A DNA stretch of 64,000 nt from a virus (Duplodnaviria > Caudoviricetes). Below are positions 26,730 through 37,300 of this stretch, in pieces. The translations under genes and the position numbers were made by a program. Within the stretch, counting starts at the first letter, position 1, and each line of letters begins with the position of its first letter. Below the pieces are notes generated by a model. It did not search any database and was not told the DNA's origin. It was given only the letters and a program-made list of their open reading frames with translations. Where the stretch lies: positions 27,454-91,453 of IMG/VR virus record IMGVR_UViG_3300002220_000062; one strand, given 5' to 3'.

Positions 26730-29700
26730 TTAATTTGTTATGTAATTAATATACTGATATTTTTGTTTATATGTAGTCTTTTTTAAATTTATAATTGGTG
26801 TTAATGATTTTAAATCTTTAACAATAACTAAGTTACCTTTAGAATCTTTATCTGTAACTGACCAAGGTGTTATAGCTGTACCTAGAATACTTGTTAAACT
26901 TTCTACAACTCTCATTGATGGAATTGGAGACTTTAAAATTTTGTATTGTTGTCTAGGGTCAATATAAGACATTAACTCTGAGTTTAATCTAGCTGCAACT
27001 AAAGCTGTGTACCATAAAACACTATCATCATCATCTCCATCTCCTGCTAATCCAGAAAGCAATATTGCTAATTTAAATAATAATATATTTAACCCAGCTT
27101 CTGCAATTGTTTTTTGTATATTTTTCTTTTCTGAATCAGATAATTCATTCCAATTACTTGATAATAACTTAAAGTTCATCTCTTTTAAAGCAGGAAGTAC
27201 CGCTTTAATAAAATATCTTATTGTAGTTGTATACATACCTTCTATATCCTCTTGTAATGCGTCTGAGAAGAATCTTTCCTCCTCTAATAATTCATCTTTA
27301 GCTTTCCCAACATGTACAAAACCCCTCCATCTATTAAGTGCAGACTCAACTAAATATTTACGAAACATCATAAAGATTTTACCTGTTGCATGTCTCATAG
27401 CCTCTGGTTGCATATTACTATCATAGTTACCCATGGTCTGAAATATTTTAGCTTTTAAGAAATTATTAACAATTTCTTTTCCACCCTCGTTATATTTTAT
27501 ACCAAGTGATTTAGTTGTATATACTACTTTATTATTTAAAACCAGTTTTCCTTTGGAGTTGTCAAGCATATCTAATAATGATGCAGCATTTTTTTCATCT
27601 ACAATATTACCATTAGCATCTATAAAATTACTATCAGCATCTAATACTTTAATAGTTTCTAGTACCCCCATAGTTAAAACAGATTGTAACCAATGCTCAC
27701 CAGATGCTTGCATAAATTGCATTGAATCTGAATTTAGTTTTGCTTTAGCTAAAGTATTTTTAATAAAAGCCTGTTCTACAGAAACACTTACCATACCAAA
27801 TGTATCAAACATCTCATTTATTTGATTTGTTATTGACATTTTAATAGGTGAAGACATATCTTTTAAATTATTTAATGCATCTGCAAAATATAATTTTTCT
27901 GCCTTCATTAATGCAGAACCAGAAATATGATTTCCAGCAAGGCCTTCTAAGAATAACTGAGCCTTACCATTAAGTACGTTAACTGAACCAGCAACCTCAT
28001 TTATCCACATACCTAATTTAGCAGTCCATCCATTAAGTACACCAACTGCTTTATTCATATCTACTCCACCAATACTACCTGCGTCTTTATGTAAAATATC
28101 ATATAAATTACTTTCCATTAAAGATACTAATCTTTCATAAGTTTCAGATTTGATTCCTTCAACTGTTGCTGTTTTATTTCTCTTAATAATAAGATTAACA
28201 AATGGTACTCTACTTCCAGTAGTTTTATAGTATTTCTTATTTTTAGCTATCTCAACTAAACTAGTCATACTATTTTCTGCTTGATGTTTTTCATCAAAAT
28301 TTACACCATTTTTAGCTTCTAATCTGTAAACAGTAAACAAATCTAATGATTGTTGTGATGGTTCAATTTTACCTCTAAAATTTATCTTAACCTCATAAAT
28401 AGGATTACCAGCTAAATCTTGTTTTATAGTTTCATAACCAATATCATCAGGTCTTATACTTGTTAAATCTTTCCAAGCATCAGTAGCTATACCAGTAGCA
28501 TTACCCTCTATAACTCTCTCTAAATTAGATTTGGTGATAGATGGTAGATTATAAAATACAGAACCAAATAATGGTTTACTCACAATTGAATGTATACCAA
28601 AAGTTTGTTTTTTAGTATCTAATGAAATCTGTCTAAAAGCCAATAAAGCTTCTTTCTCAACTTCACTTAAATCCTCTAAGTTATTTAACCATTCTTTATT
28701 TGGTTTTGATAATCTAGTACCTTTTTCATTAACTACCTCATGAGTATTATTAAGTATCCATTTTTTAAATTCTGAATTTGTAAAGTATTGTCTAAATTCT
28801 CTAGAATTCTTTCCAAATTTTACAATAACTTCATCTCTACCTAATGTATATTCAGCTAATTTTTTCTCATATAGTAATTTGAATTCTAATTTAACTTCAC
28901 CTTTAAGATATGCTCTGCCATATGCGTCATATTCTAATAACTTTGCGTGTGCTTTAGATGGACTTTGCCCTTTTTTTTCAGTTGACCATTTATCAAAAAT
29001 AGATTTTAGTTTAAAATCATTATCTCTATCCCTTCTAATAATATTTTCTATAATACCATTTATAAGATTTTGCATAATTTGTACTAACTTAGAATTAGTA
29101 CTTATACCAGATACAAATAATTTAGTACCAAGACTTATATCAAAGTGAATATCATATACAATACTATTTGCATAATCTTCTACTTCTTTATCTATTTCAT
29201 CAGCATAAGTAGTATTCATCATTTTAGATACCCATGCAGTTTTCCCTTCTGGTATTTGTAAATCAAAATGTTGTTTTTCTAATTTAGTTTTCCATTTTGC
29301 TAATACTTTAGCAGCATATTTTCTATTATTTAAAACTTTAATAACACCTTTTTTATTTATAGCCTCAATATTATTAGTTAAAGTAGTATATTTGCCAAGT
29401 GCAGCACCTAACTCTTTTTCAAGTGTTACAATATCCTCTCTTTTGATTAAGGTTTGGTCACTTGTTCTCATTTCTGAGATAAAAGATAATACTTCGTGTA
29501 TTAAAGAGTGAGCAGTTAAATATTTTTTATATAAAGCAATAGTATTTTTAATACTGTCAGCAGTTAAGTCTTCTTTATCAAAAGCAGTTTCAAGTGAGTT
29601 AATATTTTTAATCATACTATGAGTAAAGATACTAATAGCTTCCCATTTCTTTGCATTATCAAATACATCAATATCCGCGAATAATTTTTTAAGATTATCA

Positions 29701-31385
29701 GAGTATTTTTTTAACTTAGTTGGGTCTTTAATTACTTTAATTAAATGGTCATATCTTCTAATACTTTCTTCTAAGTTATCTTTAATACCATTTAATAAGT
29801 ATGTTTGTCTTTCTTCAATAGTTTTTAAAGAATAGTATGTACGTGGCTCTCTACTTTCATAGATACCCTCATTAATACCTCCTTCATAATCACTTTCTTG
29901 TATAACTTTAGTAATACTATTAATTAACTTAGTGTAATCACTATTCTTAGGTAATCCAAATAATGTTCTAATATAATCTACAATCTGAGTCCATAAAGAT
30001 TTACCATTTTCCTCTATACCCATTAATTCTAATTGGAACTCCTCATTAGTCATTAATTCAGCTATAAATTCTTCTTGGTTTTTAAACCCATATGATTTAT
30101 TTGTTGATAATAATTTGTATTTGGTATACATCTTATTAATAAAGTCTTTGAACATCTTTTCATTCATTGACTCAGGTCTTGTATAAGCTTTTATTGTAAC
30201 ACTATGAACTATCTCATGTAATAATGAAGAGATTACTTGCGCAGGTGTAAACTGTAATAATCTATCTTTATTTATTTCTATTATATTTGTAGATGGGTCA
30301 TACTGCATTACAGTATTAAAATTCTTTAATCTTGATTCTGCTACAAATTTAATTTTAGCATTAGTTCTATAAAGTAATGGTAATAGTTTTTCAATAAGTA
30401 ATTTTGTAAACTTATTAAAGCCTTTGTAATTAGTTTTTATATTATCTAATACTTCTTTAGCAGTAAATGACTTGTCCTCATTATTAAATAATATAAAGTT
30501 AATAGGATTATTTTCTTTAACTTCATTGACAGTATTTTCACCCTCTACTATAGAAAGGAAGTCATCTGTGTTTTCATCTAATAATTCTGTAATTCTTGAT
30601 TTACTACTTACTAATATATTATTACTTTCAAAATCAATAAATTGTTTAAAATTTTCAATATCTTGTTCTGAACCTAATATATGTATTTGTTCTGGTTCAA
30701 ATACTACATATTGTCCTGATTTATTATCAATATTTCCGTCTTGTGTAGTTTTAGCAACATCTTCACTTTTTGATAATATGCTAACTTCTTTCGGATTAAT
30801 TATATTAATAATAGATGGATTATAAGATTTTAATTCTTTATTAGCTACTGTTTCTGTATAAAATTTTGCCTTATCTTTAGTTGTAGCGAAATAAAAACCA
30901 CTTCCTAACATTTGACCAGCTCCTGAATTTAAAAATTCTTTAGAAAATTTATCAATATTTACATAACTCCCATGATAAACAATATCTTTTACTTTACTTT
31001 CAGGAAATATGGTATCTAAATATTTAGAATATTCTTCTTGTGTACCTATTTCAGATAATTCAGGGTTATTTTCAAATATAGTATCTATACCTTCTTTAAT
31101 AATTATATTATCTTGTTTAGTAATTATATGTTCTTTTTCATATTCTTTCACTATATCATCATATAATGATAAAACATTATCATTAGGAATAATAGTAGAT
31201 GTTTCTGCATCTATCTCAAATAGACTTTTACCATAAGTATTTAAGCCGTATTTTTGTTCAGCAATATTACTATATAGTTCATTTAATCCTTCAAATTTTG
31301 AAAAATCAATTATTTGTCTATCTTCATTAATAGCTCCCTTATCTACTAAATCTGTGATTAGTTTTTGTTTTATTGGACAACTCAT
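26730..31385 (-). CDS. Large virion ejection/RNAP-associated protein with zincin and ART-like domains
   Basis: 1551 aa directly after the vRNAP gene; LLHEIVH...EEFIAE zincin motif; VYHGS...GSGFYFA ART-like segment. Confidence 0.7.
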   Translation of the reverse strand: MSCPIKQKLITDLVDKGAINEDRQIIDFSKFEGLNELYSNIAEQKYGLNTYGKSLFEIDAETSTIIPNDNVLSLYDDIVKEYEKEHIITKQDNIIIKEGIDTIFENNPELSEIGTQEEYSKYLDTIFPESKVKDIVYHGSYVNIDKFSKEFLNSGAGQMLGSGFYFATTKDKAKFYTETVANKELKSYNPSIINIINPKEVSILSKSEDVAKTTQDGNIDNKSGQYVVFEPEQIHILGSEQDIENFKQFIDFESNNILVSSKSRITELLDENTDDFLSIVEGENTVNEVKENNPINFILFNNEDKSFTAKEVLDNIKTNYKGFNKFTKLLIEKLLPLLYRTNAKIKFVAESRLKNFNTVMQYDPSTNIIEINKDRLLQFTPAQVISSLLHEIVHSVTIKAYTRPESMNEKMFKDFINKMYTKYKLLSTNKSYGFKNQEEFIAELMTNEEFQLELMGIEENGKSLWTQIVDYIRTLFGLPKNSDYTKLINSITKVIQESDYEGGINEGIYESREPRTYYSLKTIEERQTYLLNGIKDNLEESIRRYDHLIKVIKDPTKLKKYSDNLKKLFADIDVFDNAKKWEAISIFTHSMIKNINSLETAFDKEDLTADSIKNTIALYKKYLTAHSLIHEVLSFISEMRTSDQTLIKREDIVTLEKELGAALGKYTTLTNNIEAINKKGVIKVLNNRKYAAKVLAKWKTKLEKQHFDLQIPEGKTAWVSKMMNTTYADEIDKEVEDYANSIVYDIHFDISLGTKLFVSGISTNSKLVQIMQNLINGIIENIIRRDRDNDFKLKSIFDKWSTEKKGQSPSKAHAKLLEYDAYGRAYLKGEVKLEFKLLYEKKLAEYTLGRDEVIVKFGKNSREFRQYFTNSEFKKWILNNTHEVVNEKGTRLSKPNKEWLNNLEDLSEVEKEALLAFRQISLDTKKQTFGIHSIVSKPLFGSVFYNLPSITKSNLERVIEGNATGIATDAWKDLTSIRPDDIGYETIKQDLAGNPIYEVKINFRGKIEPSQQSLDLFTVYRLEAKNGVNFDEKHQAENSMTSLVEIAKNKKYYKTTGSRVPFVNLIIKRNKTATVEGIKSETYERLVSLMESNLYDILHKDAGSIGGVDMNKAVGVLNGWTAKLGMWINEVAGSVNVLNGKAQLFLEGLAGNHISGSALMKAEKLYFADALNNLKDMSSPIKMSITNQINEMFDTFGMVSVSVEQAFIKNTLAKAKLNSDSMQFMQASGEHWLQSVLTMGVLETIKVLDADSNFIDANGNIVDEKNAASLLDMLDNSKGKLVLNNKVVYTTKSLGIKYNEGGKEIVNNFLKAKIFQTMGNYDSNMQPEAMRHATGKIFMMFRKYLVESALNRWRGFVHVGKAKDELLEEERFFSDALQEDIEGMYTTTIRYFIKAVLPALKEMNFKLLSSNWNELSDSEKKNIQKTIAEAGLNILLFKLAILLSGLAGDGDDDDSVLWYTALVAARLNSELMSYIDPRQQYKILKSPIPSMRVVESLTSILGTAITPWSVTDKDSKGNLVIVKDLKSLTPIINLKKTTYKQKYQYINYITN

Positions 31386-34300
31386 TATTTACAAGGTTTG
31401 TTTATTGCGTCATTGTTATCATTAAATAAATCCAACTGACTTGGGTCTATTTTAATTTTACTCTTATTTTCTGTATAAGGTTTAATGTTCCTTAACTCAT
31501 TTATTACTTCTGCTAATGATTCAGCATGTGTTCCTTCATTTCTTCCAGCTAATCTTTTATCATATAGTAATGTAGCGTTATCAAGTTTTCCTGAATTTAT
31601 TTCATCTAATATCCACTCACGTTGTTCTGGCTCAACACTTCTTAATACAATAGTTTCACCATTTGCAGTAGTATAATCAGCATAGTCCTTTTTACCTAAT
31701 AACCAGTCTTTATATGTATTCGCAGCAGCTGTTACAGCAGAGATTCCTTCAGATGATAACTTAATTGTACCATTTACACCACCCTCACTAAAAGGATTAC
31801 CAAAATGTGAATATTCATGTGTCCTATTTAAAGTTCTCATAGTATTAACTCCATCTGTAGTATATACAGGTTGATTTTTTAATACTGTCCATTTATTTTC
31901 TAAATCTACTTTAACTTGTCTAGGTTTTTGTTCTACATTTTCAACACCCTGTAAAGTATTAATATAAACATCTGTAATAGCTTGTTTACCTATTTCATTT
32001 ATCTCTCTTGTACCAATGCCAGCAAAGTTCTTAGTTAATGATGGTGTATTTACTTCTGTAAACTCACTTCCATTCCAAGTAAACCATTTACTTTCATTTT
32101 GGTCAAATACATATACAGGTTTGTTTTGTTGTATAGCCATTTCAACTGCATAACCAGTTCCTCCTTGAATAGCATCTTTTATTAAAACTCTTTGTTCTGC
32201 TTTTGGTTTACCTAAATCTGCTTTCCATACATCTCCTGCTTTTCCTATTGAACTTATAGCAAATACAGCATCAGAATTTTTAACTTGGGCCCAGTTTCTA
32301 ATTAGCTTCTCTTCTTTCATTGTAGCGTATTTATAACCCCACATAGCTTTAGCTGCTTTAGCAACCATTGAAGGACCCTCAATAGCCTCTGACATATCAC
32401 TAATATTTACATTACCCCTTGGTGTTTTAGTATTTAAATAGTAATGTTTATTATTTACCATTCCAAATTCTTCACCTATATAATCCCACTCTGAATCAGA
32501 ACCATTAGCACCACCAGAATGATTAGTAAAATCACCCATATTAGTAGGTTCTTTTTTAATTTCTGTTTTTACTCTTGTATCTATTTCTTCAGCTGAAATT
32601 GACTTTTCTTTTTCTTCTTCCACTTTTTCAGGATTTATTAATGCATAAAATTGACCAGTAATTTCAGGAGTAAGAGTTAATTGATTTAATGGAAAGATAC
32701 TTCTATTAGTTTCATCCCATTTACTATATTCTAATACTTTAAATCCTTTTCTATCACTGTATCCTAAAGTTTCAGATGCTATATATACTGGATTATTAGC
32801 AGGAGTAAAACCTATTAAACGATATGACCTTTCAATTGGGTTTCCTTCTGGGCTTTTAGCATTCTTTTTAACCCATTCTCTTGTCATACTTTTCTCACTT
32901 GGATATAATGCAAAACCATAATCATTATTAGGCAGTTTTGTATTTACCTCATTATCAAATATTTTTTTAGTTACTTGATAATCTTCTTTATTTGCTTTAA
33001 AGAAATCATGTTGAAAAACAGTATCTATTTTTCCACCCATATTATTTAACTCAATGGCTGTATCTATTATATAATCATTTAAATTATTTTTAGCAAACCA
33101 TTCATATGGTATGTAACTATAGAATTGATTAATATTCATTTGAAAACCTGAGCTTAAAAATGAATATTTAATAAGCATAGTAGATAACTCAGGATTATCA
33201 TTCATTAAATCCAACCAAGCTGTAGTTAAATCATTCTCTATAGATGCTGATTTTTTTCTATTACTCATACCTATAAATTTCATACCAGTCTCATTAGTTT
33301 TTATTTCTAATTCTTGGACCAATAAGTTTTTACTTACTTTTTTATAAGCATCTAATATATCTACAGTTTTAGTAACTATTGCCCATCTATTATGTTGTGT
33401 CATTTTTAATGGACCAAATCCTGACATAATATATGAATAATAACTATTCTCCAATTTTGTTGCTAATTTTTCACTTAATAAATCAGTTCCATAAATGGAT
33501 TTTGATATTGCATTAAATGTATTTACAACTGTTGGGTTTGCTATTAGGAATGTAGATGGGTTTGCTTCCATTACATCTCCTATAAAATTAATAATATTTT
33601 CAGTATAAGCACCAAGTAGTGTATATTTACCATTTTTAACCAACTTAGTACTAAACCCTTTAAAATTACCCTCTTCTGCTTCATCATTATTAATTAAATT
33701 ATGAATTAAATTTTTCATAATGATTAATGATGTTACATTTTTTCCATAACCAGATACATCAACCTTAGATGCATCGTTATTTTCTTTTATCTTTTTAGCT
33801 TGGTTTTGCCATTCTATAAAAGTATAGAAAATATTCATCTGTGTTTCAGGATTAGCCTTACCATTAATTTGAACTCTCAGCTCTTTTAATGATAAACTAT
33901 TTATTTTAAATCCTTTTCTGCTTTTAAATCTTCCTTTAGTAACAAATATTACTTTCTTTATTTCTTCAAATTGCTCTTCAGAAACTTTAGATTTAAATAA
34001 TCTAGATAATGTTTTAATTGATATATCACCTTTAGTTGATTCATAAATAGTTCTATAACTTTTAGTAACACCATTTATTGTCTTAGGTGCAAAAGATTCT
34101 AATTCTTCTACTACTTTACTTTCAACATATTTTTCTTCTATATTACCAGTATTCTTGTTAATTTTAGACTCAGCATTGGTAATGAAGTTAATATATTCTT
34201 TTATAACTGGTTGTCCTATTAATGCATTAACATAATAAGGATGAACACCAGCTCTTAATAACATAAACCCTACGTTAGCAGTTTGTGTAGTCCAGTTACC

Positions 34301-37300
34301 TCTAGTAATATAAGGGTCTCTAGCAATATCCACATACGCATTTAATAATGCTGAGAGTGAGTTTGCTATGTTTATTTTTTTTAGACTTTTATCACTAGTT
34401 TTAACAGTTTTATTATAGTATTCAAAATCCTCATCTGATAGTGGTTGTGAATATTCAGAGTCAAACGTTGTTTCCTCTTGACTATTCATTTTACCAATAC
34501 CTAAATTATATTTATGAAAACCTAATGAAGCCATCATACCCCTTACGTGGTCAACTACAGCATTAGCAGTTTGACCTACCCCAGCTTTACCAGCAATAAA
34601 TTGATATTTTAATTCAATCTCATTTATTAGATTAAAGTCAGATAGATTTGTAGATGGTGGTATAGGAAATAAGTCCTTTATATCATCTTTAATAAAACTA
34701 TAATCAATTGGAGTCATTACCTCCTTAATTACCTTTGGGTTCGTTAAAACAGCTTTATAGGCTTCTATTAGCTTATTCTGTAATCCTTTTACAGAATTAG
34801 TTTCTAAATTGTTATCTTCTTTTATATATTCTAATTTACTAACAACATTATAATTAGGAATTTCTTTCTTAATATTTTCAAGTAATTTACTCTTACTATC
34901 TGAATGTAAGATAAAATTAACTAACTCATTAACATCATGATTTAATATATCTTTTACATCACCACCAAATAAGAATCTTACAATACTTTCCTCATCTAAT
35001 TGTGATGAGTCTTCTACACCTAATTCATCTAATAAATCAGCTACTTTTTTACTTGTTTGTAAAAGTGTTTTACCTCTTAAGTTTGTATAAATATACTCTC
35101 TAATTTTACCAGCATTTTTATATAATGCTTTAAAACTAGGCATCATCAAATACATCTTATCAATATCAAAGTCACTACCTGTTTTAGTAGTAATACCAGT
35201 ATATGTAATAATAGTATCTCCAACTTCTGCTGGTAATATACCAACTACTTCAATAGCATCATTTGATGCCAATGCTTGATTAGGAATCCTATAACTTACA
35301 ATATTTCTTAGTATTCTTTGGTCTATTAATCCATCTGTATAATTATTTTCTTTTGTACCAAATAATTGTGCTGGTGTTTTTGATGCATAATCAGGAACAT
35401 ACTTTGCAATAAAAGAACCAGAAAGTAAAACACCACCTGGTCTAATTATTTTTCTACCTGTTTTAGATAAAATAAACTCACCATTATCATCCCTTAAGAA
35501 TGTAGGCTCGTGGGTAGTGTTCATAGCCCAAGGAGTCCATATTACACCTTTTTGATTTGCTTCTTCATTACTAAACCCATAGTTAGCCATTTGAATAAAT
35601 GCTCCACCATTTGTTTGTATTTTTACTAATCTTTTTAAAGATATAGATGCAAATATATTTTGTAACTTTTGTTGATAACCAGGAATACCAAATGGAGATA
35701 AACCAGATTCTAAAGCATCAATAACATTTTGTGGTGCTCTTCTAGTTTTCAATTCATCTACTAATACCTTGTTTAATCTAGCAATATTACCTATTTTATT
35801 ATTGGAAGAAATACCAAATTCTTTTTGGAAACTACTTTTACCTTTATTAGATAATGTTTCTACTATTTTATTAATGTAATTTAATAGATTTTCACCATTT
35901 ATTTCTTCTCCATCCATTATAAATTCTTCTGTTGGATTAAAAGCTAATCCAGCAAATATATTTTTTTGAATCTGAGAGCCAACAGCTGTATCTTTAAATG
36001 TTTTAGTTGGTAAATCTTGTTGTAATTTCCATCCACTATTTTTTAAGGTTAATGGATTTAATTTGAAGTTATCTAATACTTTACCATTTTCATCATGTGA
36101 TTTTGTAGGTAGGTTAGACCCAACTTTAATACCTTGTCCTGTAATTAATTCATCTATATTATCAGTCACCATTTGGTCTGCTAATCTTTTAAGGCCAGGA
36201 TTATTCTTAACTAATTGTGGTAATAAGACAGCTTGTGAGTATTTTAAATAAGTAGGCACACCATTGTTAATTTCAAAGTACACTCCTTTTAATGGTTGTG
36301 CTGCTCTTTTTAATTCATCAACAGTAAATGGTTCTTTATTTATTTGCATTAATTTATCAAATACAATATCATCTATATTAGCCCATTTTCCTAAACCTTG
36401 TTTTAAAAATTTCCAACGTTCAGGAGTTATCCAAGCTTGTGCATCTGTAGAATCAATACCATCTTGTATTACTTCACCTTTTTTATCTACTTTTCTTTCA
36501 TAGAATTTTCCAATAGTTCTCCATTCTTTTTCAGTAAATAACTCTTTTAAGTTTTCATTAAATGGAGAGGTAATTAATACATCTTCTATAATAGCAACAT
36601 TATATGTTTCTTGGCCTTCTTTTAAATATAATTGTAAACCATCAGTGTATGTTGCTGGGATACGTTTCTTATAGTCAACCATATTTTTATAATAAGCAAC
36701 ATCTCCAGAGAACATTTTTGAATACTCTATTTGAGATATTAACCCATTTACATAAACATCACCTGCCAACTTTAAACCAGTAAGTTTACTACCAGCATAA
36801 GAATCCCATATTTCAGAATCAAATCCTTTATTAACCTCCTGGCCTAATGAATTAAGTGTTACTAAACCTATATTTCTTATTTGTTTATATGTATCAAGAA
36901 TATCTTGACTTACAGTTTGATTTATTACTTTTAAAATATCTTCTTTAACAACATCTAAATCCATATCTATAATAGTTCCATCTTCATTATAAAGACTGAA
37001 ACCAGATTCAACTGCGTTAAAATTCTCAAAGTTTAAACTGTTAAATAATTGAAATTGTAAACCATTAGCTCTTTTGTCTCCATTTAAATGGTAGAACATT
37101 CTTAATTTACTAGAGTCATTAGTAGCTTTAGCTAATGCTAATTCTTCTTGTACAACTTTAATACGATTAAACTCTGACTTAACGTAGTTATATAATATTT
37201 CTTGGGAAGGTTCACTTATTATTGCTTTCCCATCTACAAATTTAGTGTTACTATCAACAACCATTCCTTTAGTTAACTCAAATTGGTATTGAGTACTTTT

